Below, in pieces: positions 19,710-29,684 of a stretch of 64,000 nucleotides of DNA (position 1 is the first letter of the stretch; every line of letters starts with the position of its first letter). The notes under the pieces were generated by a model. That model saw only the letters and a program-made list of their open reading frames with translations. It was not told the DNA's origin and did not search any database. This stretch comes from Bryobacterales bacterium (GTDB taxonomy: Bacteria; Acidobacteriota; Terriglobia; Bryobacterales; UBA6623). The position numbers and the translations under genes are program-made. The stretch lies in contig OY729428.2 of assembly GCA_963422375.2 (NCBI GenBank), positions 896,001-960,000 of the forward strand. Reading direction: 5' to 3'.

Positions 19710-20021
19710 AGCAATACTTCCCTCTCCCAACGCCGCGCCTCGGCGCGGAACGCTACCCTCAGTTACGCGAAAAAGATTACCAAAGGTTCAAGCGACTGGG
19801 CAAGCGGGGAATCGCTTCGTCCAGCGCGAGGTGCTGGCGTGGCTCGCCCGTCGCTCGAGGCTTCTCGCACGAGCCTTCCGCGGCAGCATCGTGCCGTCGC
19901 GGCCCGCGCGGATCGAGGGAGCGGGCCCGCGGCAGCCGGCGGAGCCTTTGCGCGTGCGCCCGCCGCGCTCTTGAAGCGTCAGCGCGCCGCGGTACGACGC
20001 CCGCTGGTACGATGACGATGC

Positions 20022-20294
20022 ATGCCCCTATTGAGGAGTCTGGTTCGAGCGGTCTTCCAGAAAGCCGCCAGCGACCCGCAGGTCCGCGAGAAAGCGCAGA
20101 AGGTCTTCGAGGACGAAATCAAGCCGCGTGCGAAGGACGCCTGGGAGCGAGCCCGCCCCGAGGTCGAAGCGGCGCGCGATAAGGCGGTCAAGGGCGCGGC
20201 CAGCCTAGCCGACCAGCTGAACCGCAGGATACAGCACTCCGCTGCCGAGAGGCGAGCCCAGCGCGACAAGGACGCGTCCGCGGGCAGCGGCTAG
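20022..20294 (+). CDS. small helical hypothetical protein
   Basis: 90 aa, host-like codon usage, TACGAT 8 nt upstream of the ATG. Confidence 0.65.
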   Translation: MPLLRSLVRAVFQKAASDPQVREKAQKVFEDEIKPRAKDAWERARPEVEAARDKAVKGAASLADQLNRRIQHSAAERRAQRDKDASAGSG

Positions 20295-20331
20295 GCCGCG
20301 GCACCCGGGCTTGCCAGCCGCCGTGCGAGCC

Positions 20332-21084
20332 CTAGTCGGGCTCGCGGGCGAGCCAGCGCAAGGCGTTGCGGATCAGGCGCTGCATCATCGGGTGCCCCAG
20401 CGCTTCCGGCGTGTGGCCCGGAGAGAGGTACGCGAAGCGGCCCTTGCCGAGCTCGCGCCACCAGCCGGCGGGCGCGGATTCGTTCGCCTTCGAGATATTG
20501 CGCAGCAGCAGGCGGTCGCGGTCGAGGTAGTACTTGCTCATGTGCTGCTCGTCGAACACCGTGAAGTCCTCGACTCCCGCCGTGATGGGATGGCTGCCGT
20601 CCTCCACCCGGACCGTGAATTCCGCCGGGGGCGGATGGCCTCCGTAGTCCCCGCCGAAGAGCCGGTAGTACGGGCCGTCGGGGGGATAGATCCCATGCGA
20701 GTTGTGGAGCGCTAGGAAGCCGCCGCCGCCATGCACGAAGTCCCAGACGGCCTGCTGCTGCGCGTCCGTCATCCAGAGCACCTGGCTGCCGCGCTCGTAG
20801 CCGTTCGGCCAGATCATGCCGTCCTTCAGCAAGATCAGCAGGTCGAACGACGCCAGGGCTTCCGCCGTGAGGGCCTCGTGGTTGACGATGTACGTCACCG
20901 GCACGTTCTCGCGCAGGAGCGGCCTTGAGAGGCCCTCGCGTATGTACACGGGAGAGTGATACCGGTCCCCGATCAGCGCCAGGGCCCTTGGCCGGTCCGC
21001 CGACTGGAACGGCGCGGCAGCGTCCTGCGGAGCCGCGCCGCCAGCCCGGGCGAGGAGCAGAATCGCAAGTCCGACGAGCCGCAT
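20332..21084 (-). CDS. exported ThuA-like (class I glutamine amidotransferase-fold) protein
   Basis: signal peptide; FVHGGGGFLALHN, HPITAG, DEQH, GKGRFAYLSPGH. Confidence 0.85.
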   Translation of the reverse strand: MRLVGLAILLLARAGGAAPQDAAAPFQSADRPRALALIGDRYHSPVYIREGLSRPLLRENVPVTYIVNHEALTAEALASFDLLILLKDGMIWPNGYERGSQVLWMTDAQQQAVWDFVHGGGGFLALHNSHGIYPPDGPYYRLFGGDYGGHPPPAEFTVRVEDGSHPITAGVEDFTVFDEQHMSKYYLDRDRLLLRNISKANESAPAGWWRELGKGRFAYLSPGHTPEALGHPMMQRLIRNALRWLAREPD

Positions 21085-21137
21085 GGCCGCAAGTATACTG
21101 CGGTATTCGCGGCCGCCGCCGCTTGGGCACCCGAGGA

Positions 21138-22244
21138 TTGGACGGTCCCGGCATCTACGTCTCGATCCCGTTCTGCGCGCAGAAATGCACGTACTGCAAC
21201 TTCCGCTCCGGCGTGTACCCGCGGTCCCTGCGCGGTGACTACCTGCTGTGCCTCGCCGACGAGATACGCGCGGCCGGCGGGCAGCCGGGATCCACCCTCT
21301 ACCTCGGCGGGGGCAGCCCCAGCCAGCTCGAGCCCGGGGAGTTCAGCGCGCTAGCGGCCAGCCTGCGTGGCGCCGGGCGGGCGGAGGCGACCATAGAGGT
21401 CGCGCCGGGCGAAGCGTCGCCGGAGCGGGTCGCCGCGTGGGCCGCGTGCGGCATCAATCGCGTCAGCCTCGGCGTGCAGTCCTTCGACCCGGGGGTCGCG
21501 CGGGCGGCCGGGCGGAAGCACGATCCAGCAACCGTGCGCACCGAGGTAGCCCGGCTCGCTGACCGGGGCATCCGCAACGTCTCGGTCGACCTGATCGCGG
21601 GCCTCGCGCACCAGACGCCCGCCACCTGGAGCCGCTCCCTGGAATGGACCGAGCGCCTGGGAGCCGACCATGTATCCGTCTACATGCTGGAGGCGGACGA
21701 CGCCAGCCCCCTCGGCCGCGAGCTCAGTGCAGGCGGGCGACGGTACGGCGCACCCTTCGTGCCGTCCGAGGACGTCATCGTCGACCTCTACCTGCTGGCC
21801 GTCGAGCGGCTCCGGCGAGCCGGTTACGAGCGGTACGAAGTCTCGAATTTCGCGCGTCCGGGCAAGCGCGGCCGACACAATCTCACGTACTGGCGCATGG
21901 AACCGTACGTCGGCTTCGGAAGCGACGCGCACTCGTTCGACGGGCGGCGGCGCTGGTCCAATGTCGGCACCGCGGCCGAGTACGTCAGGCGGCTTCGCGC
22001 GGGCATGGCTCCGCGGGACGCGTGCGAGGAACTCGATCCTGGGAGGATGCTGGAGGACCGCCTACTGACGGGCCTGCGCACGAGCGAGGGAGTCCGCCTG
22101 GACGGCGACGCGTGGCGCGGGCTGCAGCCGCGCGCGGCGGCCCTAGCCGAGCGGGAATGGCTGGCGCTGGACAGGCCTTGGATGCGCCTCACCGACGAGG
22201 GACTGCTCTTCGCGGACCAAGCGATCGCCGAGCTGCTCGGATGA
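21138..22244 (+). CDS. hemW: radical SAM heme chaperone HemW (HemN-like)
   Basis: YVSIPFCAQKCTYCNF, YLGGGSPS, RVSLGVQSF, YEVSNFA, HNLTYW; TTG start is uncertain. Confidence 0.9.
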   Translation: MDGPGIYVSIPFCAQKCTYCNFRSGVYPRSLRGDYLLCLADEIRAAGGQPGSTLYLGGGSPSQLEPGEFSALAASLRGAGRAEATIEVAPGEASPERVAAWAACGINRVSLGVQSFDPGVARAAGRKHDPATVRTEVARLADRGIRNVSVDLIAGLAHQTPATWSRSLEWTERLGADHVSVYMLEADDASPLGRELSAGGRRYGAPFVPSEDVIVDLYLLAVERLRRAGYERYEVSNFARPGKRGRHNLTYWRMEPYVGFGSDAHSFDGRRRWSNVGTAAEYVRRLRAGMAPRDACEELDPGRMLEDRLLTGLRTSEGVRLDGDAWRGLQPRAAALAEREWLALDRPWMRLTDEGLLFADQAIAELLG

Positions 22245-22284
22245 GCGAAGCCGACAGCGGGGAGGCCTCGACCGGCCGCACAGC

Positions 22285-23115
22285 CTAGTCCTGCAGCACC
22301 CGCTCCTGAACCGGGGGACTCTCGCTGCCGTCCGGGCCGATCGCCACGCACGTGATCGCCGCGCCGTGATACAGGTCGGGGTACGCCGCCCCCGTGTCGA
22401 TCCAGCGCATGTTCTTGATCAGAACCGGGTTCTTGAAGGGAATGTGCCCGTGGAACGTGCGCCAGACGTCGGGCACGCCATCGTCACCCTCGGGCGAGAA
22501 CGCCCTCTCCCGGTTCCAGAGCGCCCGAATGGCCGCGCAGCGGTCGCCTTCCTCGAGCCACTCCCGCAGGGCCCACCAGGGAGTCTCGACCGGCACTTCG
22601 GCATGGACTACGACGAAGGCGCCTTCCGCGCTGCCGACCTCGAGCGCCAGCGGCAGCTTCCGCAGCAGCTCCAGCCATTCGTCGCGGGCGCTCGGGTCCA
22701 GAGCGCGGGCCCAGCTGCCGCCGTTGCGCTCCATCCACAATTCCTCGACGTCCCGATGCCCTTCGAGGGCGTCCAGCATGAGCTGCTCGTGGTTGCCGCG
22801 GATGCAGGCCACTTCGTCCCGCCGGAGCCATTCGAGCATCCCCTGCGAGTCCGGTCCGCGGTCGACCAAGTCGCCGAGGAGCAGCAGCCGGTCCCCGCCG
22901 GCCGGATCGTAGCCCACCTTCTTCAGCAGCCGCTCGAAGGAGTCTTTCTGCCCGTGGATGTCGCCGAAAACCAAATCCCGTCCGGCCTGGTTACGGTCCA
23001 GCCTGCGCACGGGCGGGCCGTCCACGCGAGGGGTCGGCAGGTCTTCGTAGTCCCACGCCAAGGGCTGGGGCCTCGGTCGGCCGGCCGCTCCGGCCCGCGG
23101 CGACGCCTGTCGCAT
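22285..23115 (-). CDS. metallophosphoesterase (PphA/lambda-phosphatase-like Ser/Thr phosphatase)
   Basis: FGDIHG, GDLVDRGPDS, RGNHE, FHGH, IDTGA. Confidence 0.88.
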   Translation of the reverse strand: MRQASPRAGAAGRPRPQPLAWDYEDLPTPRVDGPPVRRLDRNQAGRDLVFGDIHGQKDSFERLLKKVGYDPAGGDRLLLLGDLVDRGPDSQGMLEWLRRDEVACIRGNHEQLMLDALEGHRDVEELWMERNGGSWARALDPSARDEWLELLRKLPLALEVGSAEGAFVVVHAEVPVETPWWALREWLEEGDRCAAIRALWNRERAFSPEGDDGVPDVWRTFHGHIPFKNPVLIKNMRWIDTGAAYPDLYHGAAITCVAIGPDGSESPPVQERVLQD

Positions 23116-23417
23116 CGAAATGTCCGCCCTCCTCCCTGCCCGGCGCGGGGCCAGATTCCGTCCGGCGGGCCGCTGTTGCGTCACGGCAGGCGTCCGCGCC
23201 AACGGACGGACCGGGGTCCGCAATCCGCGGGGCCAAGGCGGGCCCCGCACGGATTTCAGAGTCGCACAGAAATCCCGTCGTAGCAAACAGGGGCGACGCC
23301 GGGCGACGCGCGGCGGAATCCGGGGGCGCACATGCAGCCGCGACTGGCTAGCGCGAGGCGAAGCTCTGCAGAGAGCCCCTTGCCGTCCGGGAATCGGCTG
23401 CCCGCGGCGACGCCCCG

Positions 23418-25412
23418 CTAGGAGGCGCCGAGGAACCTGGCGACGTCGGCGAGACGGCTAGTCCGGGCGTATCGCGGCAGGCTGTCGAGGAATATCCTAC
23501 CGTACCGCTTCCTGACGATCCGATTGTCGAGCAGGGCCAGGACGCCTCGGTCCGAAGCCGCTCGGATCAAGCGTCCGAAGCCCTGCTTCAGAGCCAGCAC
23601 CGCCGACGGGATCTGGTAGTTCGCGAACGGATTCCCGCCGGCCTCGCGGATCTGGCCGATGCGCGCCTTCACGATCGGGTCCGACGGGACGGCGAACGGG
23701 AGCTTGTCGATGATCACGCAGCTGAGCTGCTCGCCCGGAACGTCCACTCCCTGCCAGAAGCTGGCCGTCGCGAACAGCACGCAGTTGCGCGTGTCGCGGA
23801 ACTTTTCGAGCAGGCCGGCGTTCGACCCCTGCCCCTGCATGAGACAGGGGAACTCCAGCTCAGGCTGGAGCCTCTCGAAGGCCCTGTGCATCTGCTGGTA
23901 GCTGGTGAAGAGCACGAAGGCCCGCCCGCGGGAGATTCTCAAGAGCTGGGCGATCTCCTCGCGCGCCCGCGCGCTGAATTCCTCCGCGCCGGGGTCCGGC
24001 ATTTCCGCCGGGATGTACAGCACGGCCTGCCGCCCGTAGTCGAACTGGCCCGGAACGACCAGCTCGCTGGCCGCCTGCAGGCCCAGCCGGCCGCGAACGT
24101 ACTCAAAGCTCTCGCCCACGGCCAAGGTCGCCGAGGCCAGTATGGCGACCGCGCTGTCGCGGAACAGGGTGCCGTCGAGAATCGGCGCAACGTCGACCGG
24201 CGTGGCTTGCAGGAAGACCCCCTTGCCGCGCTTCTCGATCCAATGCACGAAGTTCCCGTAGCGGTCCTCGACCAGCTCGGTCAGGGCGGGATGCCCGTCC
24301 ACCTCGTCGATGATCCCGGGGCCCAGGTCCCCCAGCAGGACTCGCAGCGTCAGAGCGAGCGAGGACGCCCGCCTTCGCAGAGGCTCCGTCGCCTCCGAGT
24401 GCTGCTTGACCATCTCGAGGCGCGCGTTCAGGCCGGTGATCGCCGCGAGCAGCTGCCGGTAGGGCCCGGCATGCTTGCTGCGAAACTCCGTGCGCTCCGC
24501 GAACTCGCTCCGCGAAGGGAATTGGTCGAACAGCGCGAAGAACTCGCTCGACGCCGCCAGCATCCCCCGGACCCGCCGGTCGAGAGCCCGGGAACCGAAC
24601 CCCTCCGACTTGGCGATGGCCCTGGTGTCGCGAGCCAGCTCCTCCAGCTGGAAGTTGCTCACCCGCGCGCCGAAAAACTGGCCCACGACCCCCTCGATCT
24701 CGTGGGCCTCGTCGAAAACGACCACTTCGTGAGGGGGTATGATCGGGCCGAAATCGTCTTGCCGCAGCGAGAGATCGGCGAAGAACAGGTGGTGGTTCAC
24801 CACGATCAGATCGGCTTGGCGGGCCCGCTGGTGCATGCGCGTGACGAAGCACTGCTCGAACAGCGCGCACTGCCGGCCCGTGCAGGCTTCGCGCCGGGCG
24901 TCCAGCCCGGACCAGGTCCTGCTCGCTGCGGGTAGCTCCGGGAGCTCGGCCCGATCCCCGGTCTTCGTGCGCTGCGCCCACTTCCGGATCAGGACGATGT
25001 CGGCCAGCTCGTTGGTGCCGCCGAGCCTCGGGCGGTCCTCCAGATCCTGGAGCTTCTGCTGGCACAGGAAATTGGCGCGCCCCTTCATGACGGCCACGCG
25101 CAGCTTGCGTCCGAGCGCCTTCTCTAGGAACGGCAGGTCCTTGCGCGCGAGCTGGTCCTGGAGGTTCTTGGTGCCCGTCGAGATCACGGCGCGCTTGCCC
25201 GCCAGGATCAGCGGCACCAGGTAGGCGAGCGTCTTGCCCGTGCCCGTACCGGCCTCCACGATGAGGTGCCGGCGCTGCTGGATCGCAGCCTCGACCTCGC
25301 TGGCCATGTCGATCTGCCCGGGGCGGTCCTCCCAGGCGCTCAGATGCTTCGACAGCACGCCCCCGTCGCGGAAGAACCCTTCGACGGTCAGCGGTGCTCG
25401 GGCTCGGGGCAC
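23418..25412 (-). CDS. ATP-dependent DNA helicase, DinG/YoaA family
   Basis: EAGTGTGKT, Fe-S cysteines, VVNHHL, FDEAH, SATL, FWQGVD, KQGFGRLIR. Confidence 0.93.
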   Translation of the reverse strand: MPRARAPLTVEGFFRDGGVLSKHLSAWEDRPGQIDMASEVEAAIQQRRHLIVEAGTGTGKTLAYLVPLILAGKRAVISTGTKNLQDQLARKDLPFLEKALGRKLRVAVMKGRANFLCQQKLQDLEDRPRLGGTNELADIVLIRKWAQRTKTGDRAELPELPAASRTWSGLDARREACTGRQCALFEQCFVTRMHQRARQADLIVVNHHLFFADLSLRQDDFGPIIPPHEVVVFDEAHEIEGVVGQFFGARVSNFQLEELARDTRAIAKSEGFGSRALDRRVRGMLAASSEFFALFDQFPSRSEFAERTEFRSKHAGPYRQLLAAITGLNARLEMVKQHSEATEPLRRRASSLALTLRVLLGDLGPGIIDEVDGHPALTELVEDRYGNFVHWIEKRGKGVFLQATPVDVAPILDGTLFRDSAVAILASATLAVGESFEYVRGRLGLQAASELVVPGQFDYGRQAVLYIPAEMPDPGAEEFSARAREEIAQLLRISRGRAFVLFTSYQQMHRAFERLQPELEFPCLMQGQGSNAGLLEKFRDTRNCVLFATASFWQGVDVPGEQLSCVIIDKLPFAVPSDPIVKARIGQIREAGGNPFANYQIPSAVLALKQGFGRLIRAASDRGVLALLDNRIVRKRYGRIFLDSLPRYARTSRLADVARFLGAS

Positions 25413-25421
25413 AAGGCTAAC

Positions 25422-26552
25422 CTACTGTACTCGCTGGCCGCCGACTCGAGGCCGGTACCGACGCGCCAGGTCGCCTAGGAGCCGCTCGTAGTCGTCGGTG
25501 ACCGCCGCCCAGTCGTACCGCGCGGCGGCCTCGCGGGCGGCGCCGGCTCGCAGCGCGCCCAGAATCGGCTCGCCCGCCTCGGACAACTCGTCGACGCGGG
25601 CCTGCAGGGAGCCGCGCCGCGCGGCGTACGGCAGACCGGACGGGCCGACCGCCTCCCGGTTCTCGGGCGTGTCGAGATACAGCAGCGCGCAGCGCCGGCC
25701 CATCGCCTCCACCAAGGCCGGATGCGTGCCCCCGACCTCCGTCGCGTGGATGTACGCCCGGCAATGCGACTGCAGCTCGGCGTAGCCCTCCCCGTACACC
25801 GGGCCCGGGAACAGGATCCTCGGATCGCGCGTGGCCTTGACCTGCGCGATGTAGGCTGCCGCGTACGGCGCCCCGCCAACCATCACAAGCTTGCGGCCGG
25901 TGCGGCTTCTCTCGAACTCCCGGACGACGAGCAGGGCGTTGTTCTCGGGCTCGAAGCGACTCACGTACAGGAAATACTCGCCCGGCTCGAGTCCCAGTTC
26001 GTCGAGCTTGTGCCTCGTGCGCACGCCCTCGCGCGGCGCGCCGTAGGCGATGTAGTGCGTGGCGAGGGAGTAGCGGTGGCCGTAGTACCGCTGGATGGTG
26101 CGCGCGTCCGTGACCACCGCGTCCGGGCAAAGCGACGCGAGACGCTCCGAGAGCAGATGCCAAGCCCGCGCGGCGCGGTTCCATTTCCGGCGCTTGCGCT
26201 CCAGCCCGTCCACGTTCAGGATCGTGGGGATCCCGAGGGCCCGCGTCCAGCAGCAGAACACCGCGTTGGCGGCGTTGCACAGGATCGCCGCGTCCGCCCC
26301 CGCCAGCGCGAGGTGCAGGCACGAGAGCGCCGTATGCACGGAGGTGTCGAGGTGCTTGGTGCGCACGGTCGGCAGCACCGCGAGGCGCGCGCCCCTCCAC
26401 GCCCCAAGCCGCTCGCGCGCGTAGTGGGAGCGGCAGTAGACGGTGACATCGTGGCCGCGCTCGGCGAGGCGCGCCGACACCTCCTCCGCGAATGTCTCGA
26501 ATCCGCCGTAGTTCGCCGGGATGCCGCGCGTGCCCAGCAGGGCGACCTTCAT
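25422..26552 (-). CDS. GT4 glycosyltransferase (DUF1972, rhamnosyltransferase-like)
   Basis: LGTRGIPANYGGFETF, NVDGLE, RFEPENN, VGGTHPALVEAM. Confidence 0.9.
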   Translation of the reverse strand: MKVALLGTRGIPANYGGFETFAEEVSARLAERGHDVTVYCRSHYARERLGAWRGARLAVLPTVRTKHLDTSVHTALSCLHLALAGADAAILCNAANAVFCCWTRALGIPTILNVDGLERKRRKWNRAARAWHLLSERLASLCPDAVVTDARTIQRYYGHRYSLATHYIAYGAPREGVRTRHKLDELGLEPGEYFLYVSRFEPENNALLVVREFERSRTGRKLVMVGGAPYAAAYIAQVKATRDPRILFPGPVYGEGYAELQSHCRAYIHATEVGGTHPALVEAMGRRCALLYLDTPENREAVGPSGLPYAARRGSLQARVDELSEAGEPILGALRAGAAREAAARYDWAAVTDDYERLLGDLARRYRPRVGGQRVQ

Positions 26553-27616
26553 CGCGCCCGGCTGACGGCCCGCCCGGCGACGGCCGCGGGCTCGGGGGCC
26601 CGCGCGTCCGCCGCGTCCAGCGGCACGCTGACCGGCTTGTAGTGGAACCAGCTCGCCATGTAGTCGTCGCCGGCCCGCCGCCTCTCCTGGATGAGCCGCC
26701 GCTTGCGCACGGTGCGCTCGAAGTCGCGCAGCACGTAGTAGAAGGCCCTGAGCGAGGTCCGCTCCACCAGCAGGCAGTACCCCACGATGCCTAGGTCCCG
26801 CAGCGAGACGTGCAGGAAGTTGCGCAGGTACAGGCCCGGAGTGATGTTCTTGATCCGCATGAGGAAGCGGTTCTTGACCGAGTGCATGTTGATCTCGGCG
26901 GGCAGCTCGCTGCGCATCCCGGGCCGCAGCTTGCGCACGTGATAGGCCGCGGCGAGCGGGTTGAAGATGCACTTCCAGCCCAGCAGCTGCGCCCGCCAGG
27001 CCACGTCGGCGTCCTCGCGGTAGGTGAAGAAGTCCGAGTCGAAGAACTCGCCGTCGACCGAGATGTCCTCGATCATTTCCCTGCGGTAGCAGGCCGCGGC
27101 CGCGGTGGCGCCGAACACGTACTCGAAGCTACGGTAGTGCCCGTTGTTCGATTCGAGGCAACCGCGGTCCTTGTGGCGCAAGTTGGGCGTGAAGTACATG
27201 CCCGTGGAGTCGAGGCGCTGCCCGACCTCGATGTCGAAGCTCGCGTCCGCGAGCAGCAGCTTGCCGCAGAGAGTGCCGGCCCGGCGGTCCAGCGAGGCGC
27301 TCTGCATGAGCCGCGTGACGAAGTTGGACAGCAGCAGCACGTCCGGGTTCAACGTCAGCACCCACTCGCCGGACGAGAGCGCGATCGCCTGGTTCTGCGC
27401 GGCGGCGAAGCCGACGTTGTCCTCGTTGTAGATCACCGTGCAGCGGTCCTCGAAGCGCTCGAGGATGTCGCAGGTGCCATCGGAGGAGGCGTTGTCGATG
27501 ACGATGACCTCGAGGGGCTCGTGCATCTGGTCGAGCACGGACTCCAGGCAGCGGCGGATGAACCTGCCGCTGTCGTAGGTGACAACGGTGACGGAAACGA
27601 GGGGCTGACCCGACAC
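26549..27616 (-). CDS. GT2 glycosyltransferase
   Basis: IDNASSD, NVGFAAAQN, LNPD, YREDADV. Confidence 0.9.
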   Translation of the reverse strand: MSGQPLVSVTVVTYDSGRFIRRCLESVLDQMHEPLEVIVIDNASSDGTCDILERFEDRCTVIYNEDNVGFAAAQNQAIALSSGEWVLTLNPDVLLLSNFVTRLMQSASLDRRAGTLCGKLLLADASFDIEVGQRLDSTGMYFTPNLRHKDRGCLESNNGHYRSFEYVFGATAAAACYRREMIEDISVDGEFFDSDFFTYREDADVAWRAQLLGWKCIFNPLAAAYHVRKLRPGMRSELPAEINMHSVKNRFLMRIKNITPGLYLRNFLHVSLRDLGIVGYCLLVERTSLRAFYYVLRDFERTVRKRRLIQERRRAGDDYMASWFHYKPVSVPLDAADARAPEPAAVAGRAVSRAR

Positions 27617-27661
27617 GAAAAACAGTCCGCTAGGCGTGCGTGCTCTAGGTGCCCGTCGCCT

Positions 27662-28588
27662 TCACCAAGGGCCCGCCCGGCGCGAGTACTCGAGTCGCAG
27701 GATGCGGAACGCCGCCACGTACGCGCCGAGCGCTTCGGAAGGCTCGCCCCGGACCCGGGAGCGGAGCGCGCGGAGCGCAAGGCCCGTTAGCACCGCAAGC
27801 CGCACGCGACGGTAGGCGCCGCGCGCAAAGTGCTTGTTGGCATATCGCAACATCCCACCATACCAAGCCCGCAGGCGGGCCTGCAGCGGCAGGCGCGAGA
27901 CCGCGTGCCCGCCGGCATGGCTGGCGGCGGCGAAGGGGACGTAGCGCAGTGCGAGACCGGCGTCGCGGAGCCGACGGCAGAGGTCGACATCCTCGAACCA
28001 CACCGGATGGAAACCGGCGTCCATGCCGCCAACCGTCTCCAAGGCGTCCCTCCGCAGCAGCAGGAATGCCCCCGCGGGCTGGCCCACCTCGGCCTCGCCG
28101 CCCAGGTCGAGGTCCAGCAGCCTGTAGCGCAGGTTGACCGGGTTGCGCGGCCACAGCCGGTTGATTCCCAATGCCTCGAAGGCCAGCGCCTGGGGGTCGG
28201 GCAGCGACCGGGCGTTGAAGCCCACTTGGGGGTCGCCGCCCGGGGCCGCCAGCAGCCCCCCGGCACCGGCGACGCCCTCGCGCCGACACGCGACGACCAG
28301 CGCCTCGAGGCCCGTGCGCAGCTCGCAGTCGGGATTCAGCAGGAGCACGAACGGCTCGCTCGTGGCCGCGACTCCGCGGTTCACGGCTCCCGCGAATCCG
28401 AGATTGCTGGCGCTGTCGATCCAGCGCACCCAGCCGTGCCTCGCGCGCAACTCGGGGGAACCCGACCGCGCCCGCGAGTTGTCGATCACCACCGCCTCGG
28501 CGACCCTGCCCTCGAGCGCGGCGAGGCAGCGCGGGAGCACTTCGGCGGACTCGTAGGCGACGACCACCGCGGCGACCGGGCAGCTCAC
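27662..28588 (-). CDS. GT2 glycosyltransferase
   Basis: IDNS, NLGFAGAVN, LLNPD, GAFLLL, WFEDVDLC. Confidence 0.88.
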   Translation of the reverse strand: MSCPVAAVVVAYESAEVLPRCLAALEGRVAEAVVIDNSRARSGSPELRARHGWVRWIDSASNLGFAGAVNRGVAATSEPFVLLLNPDCELRTGLEALVVACRREGVAGAGGLLAAPGGDPQVGFNARSLPDPQALAFEALGINRLWPRNPVNLRYRLLDLDLGGEAEVGQPAGAFLLLRRDALETVGGMDAGFHPVWFEDVDLCRRLRDAGLALRYVPFAAASHAGGHAVSRLPLQARLRAWYGGMLRYANKHFARGAYRRVRLAVLTGLALRALRSRVRGEPSEALGAYVAAFRILRLEYSRRAGPW

Positions 28589-29601
28589 GCCGGCCCGCCC
28601 CGGTCCGACCGCGCGAGACGGAAATACCAATTCCAGTACGCATCCCATCCGGCGGCCCGCTGGAACGCCTCGATCTGGCGCTCGCTCGAGAGCAGCGCCG
28701 CGACGAGCGCGCCTTCGCCGGGCCTCGCCCCGGGACGCCAGCGGGCGCGCCAGTCGGCCAGGCCGAGACCGAATCCGCGCAGCCAGGCCATGGACCGGCC
28801 GCGCGACACGGCCAGCCCCGCCCAGAGCAGCTGGGCGACCAGCAGTTGCGGCCCGAATCGCAGCAGCATGGCCTCGGAGTAGTGCTTGGCCACCAGCAGG
28901 AGCTGGTGGCGCGTGATCCAAGCGACGCTGCGGTCGCTCCATGCCCCCGCCGTCGCGCTGCCCAAGTGCCAGCAGACGGCTCCGGGCACGTAGGCTCCTC
29001 CCAGGCCGAGAGCGGCGGCGCGCATGCCCAGGTCCACGTCCTCGAGGTACGCGAAGAAGGCTTCGTCGAACAGGCCTGCCCGGGCGAAGAACTCGCGCCG
29101 GAAGAGGCTGGCCGTGGCGGACGGGAAGAACGTCGCGGCCGGCCGGCCGAACGCAGGGCCGTCCGGCTTGCCGTGACCCAGGCGCCAGGCCGCACCGCCC
29201 CGGCACACCGCGTCGCCGGCCCCGTCCAGCCGGTCGCGTCGGGTCGCGTCGAGCACCCTGCCCGTGGCGAACCACGCACCCGCGGCGCGCGCTCCCGCGA
29301 GCAGGGCCGCCAGCCAGCCCTCGGAGAGCTCGACGTCGTTGTTCAGCAGCGCGACCCATTCGCCGCTGGCCCGCTCGATGCCTCGATTCAGGGCGAAGCC
29401 CACGCCCCGGTTCGAGCCCAGGGTCACGGCCAGCGCCCCGCTCGCACGGGCCACGTCCACTGACGCGTCGCGGGACCCGTTGTCCACCACGATCACCTCG
29501 GTGTCGGCCCCGGGGGGCAGCCGCTGCGCGGCCACCGAGCGCAAGAGCGCCGCCAGCAAGTCGGCCCGGTCGAGCTGGGGTACGACCACCGAGACGGTCA
29601 T
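28585..29601 (-). CDS. GT2 glycosyltransferase
   Basis: VVDNGSRD, ALLNND, YLEDVDLG. Confidence 0.88.
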   Translation of the reverse strand: MTVSVVVPQLDRADLLAALLRSVAAQRLPPGADTEVIVVDNGSRDASVDVARASGALAVTLGSNRGVGFALNRGIERASGEWVALLNNDVELSEGWLAALLAGARAAGAWFATGRVLDATRRDRLDGAGDAVCRGGAAWRLGHGKPDGPAFGRPAATFFPSATASLFRREFFARAGLFDEAFFAYLEDVDLGMRAAALGLGGAYVPGAVCWHLGSATAGAWSDRSVAWITRHQLLLVAKHYSEAMLLRFGPQLLVAQLLWAGLAVSRGRSMAWLRGFGLGLADWRARWRPGARPGEGALVAALLSSERQIEAFQRAAGWDAYWNWYFRLARSDRGGPA

Positions 29602-29684
29602 GGCGGGAGGGCGCCGGGGCCCAAGCCTTACACTATCCGAATGGTGGCCGCAGGCCGCCGGGCGCCGCGCCGAGCGGCCGGAAG

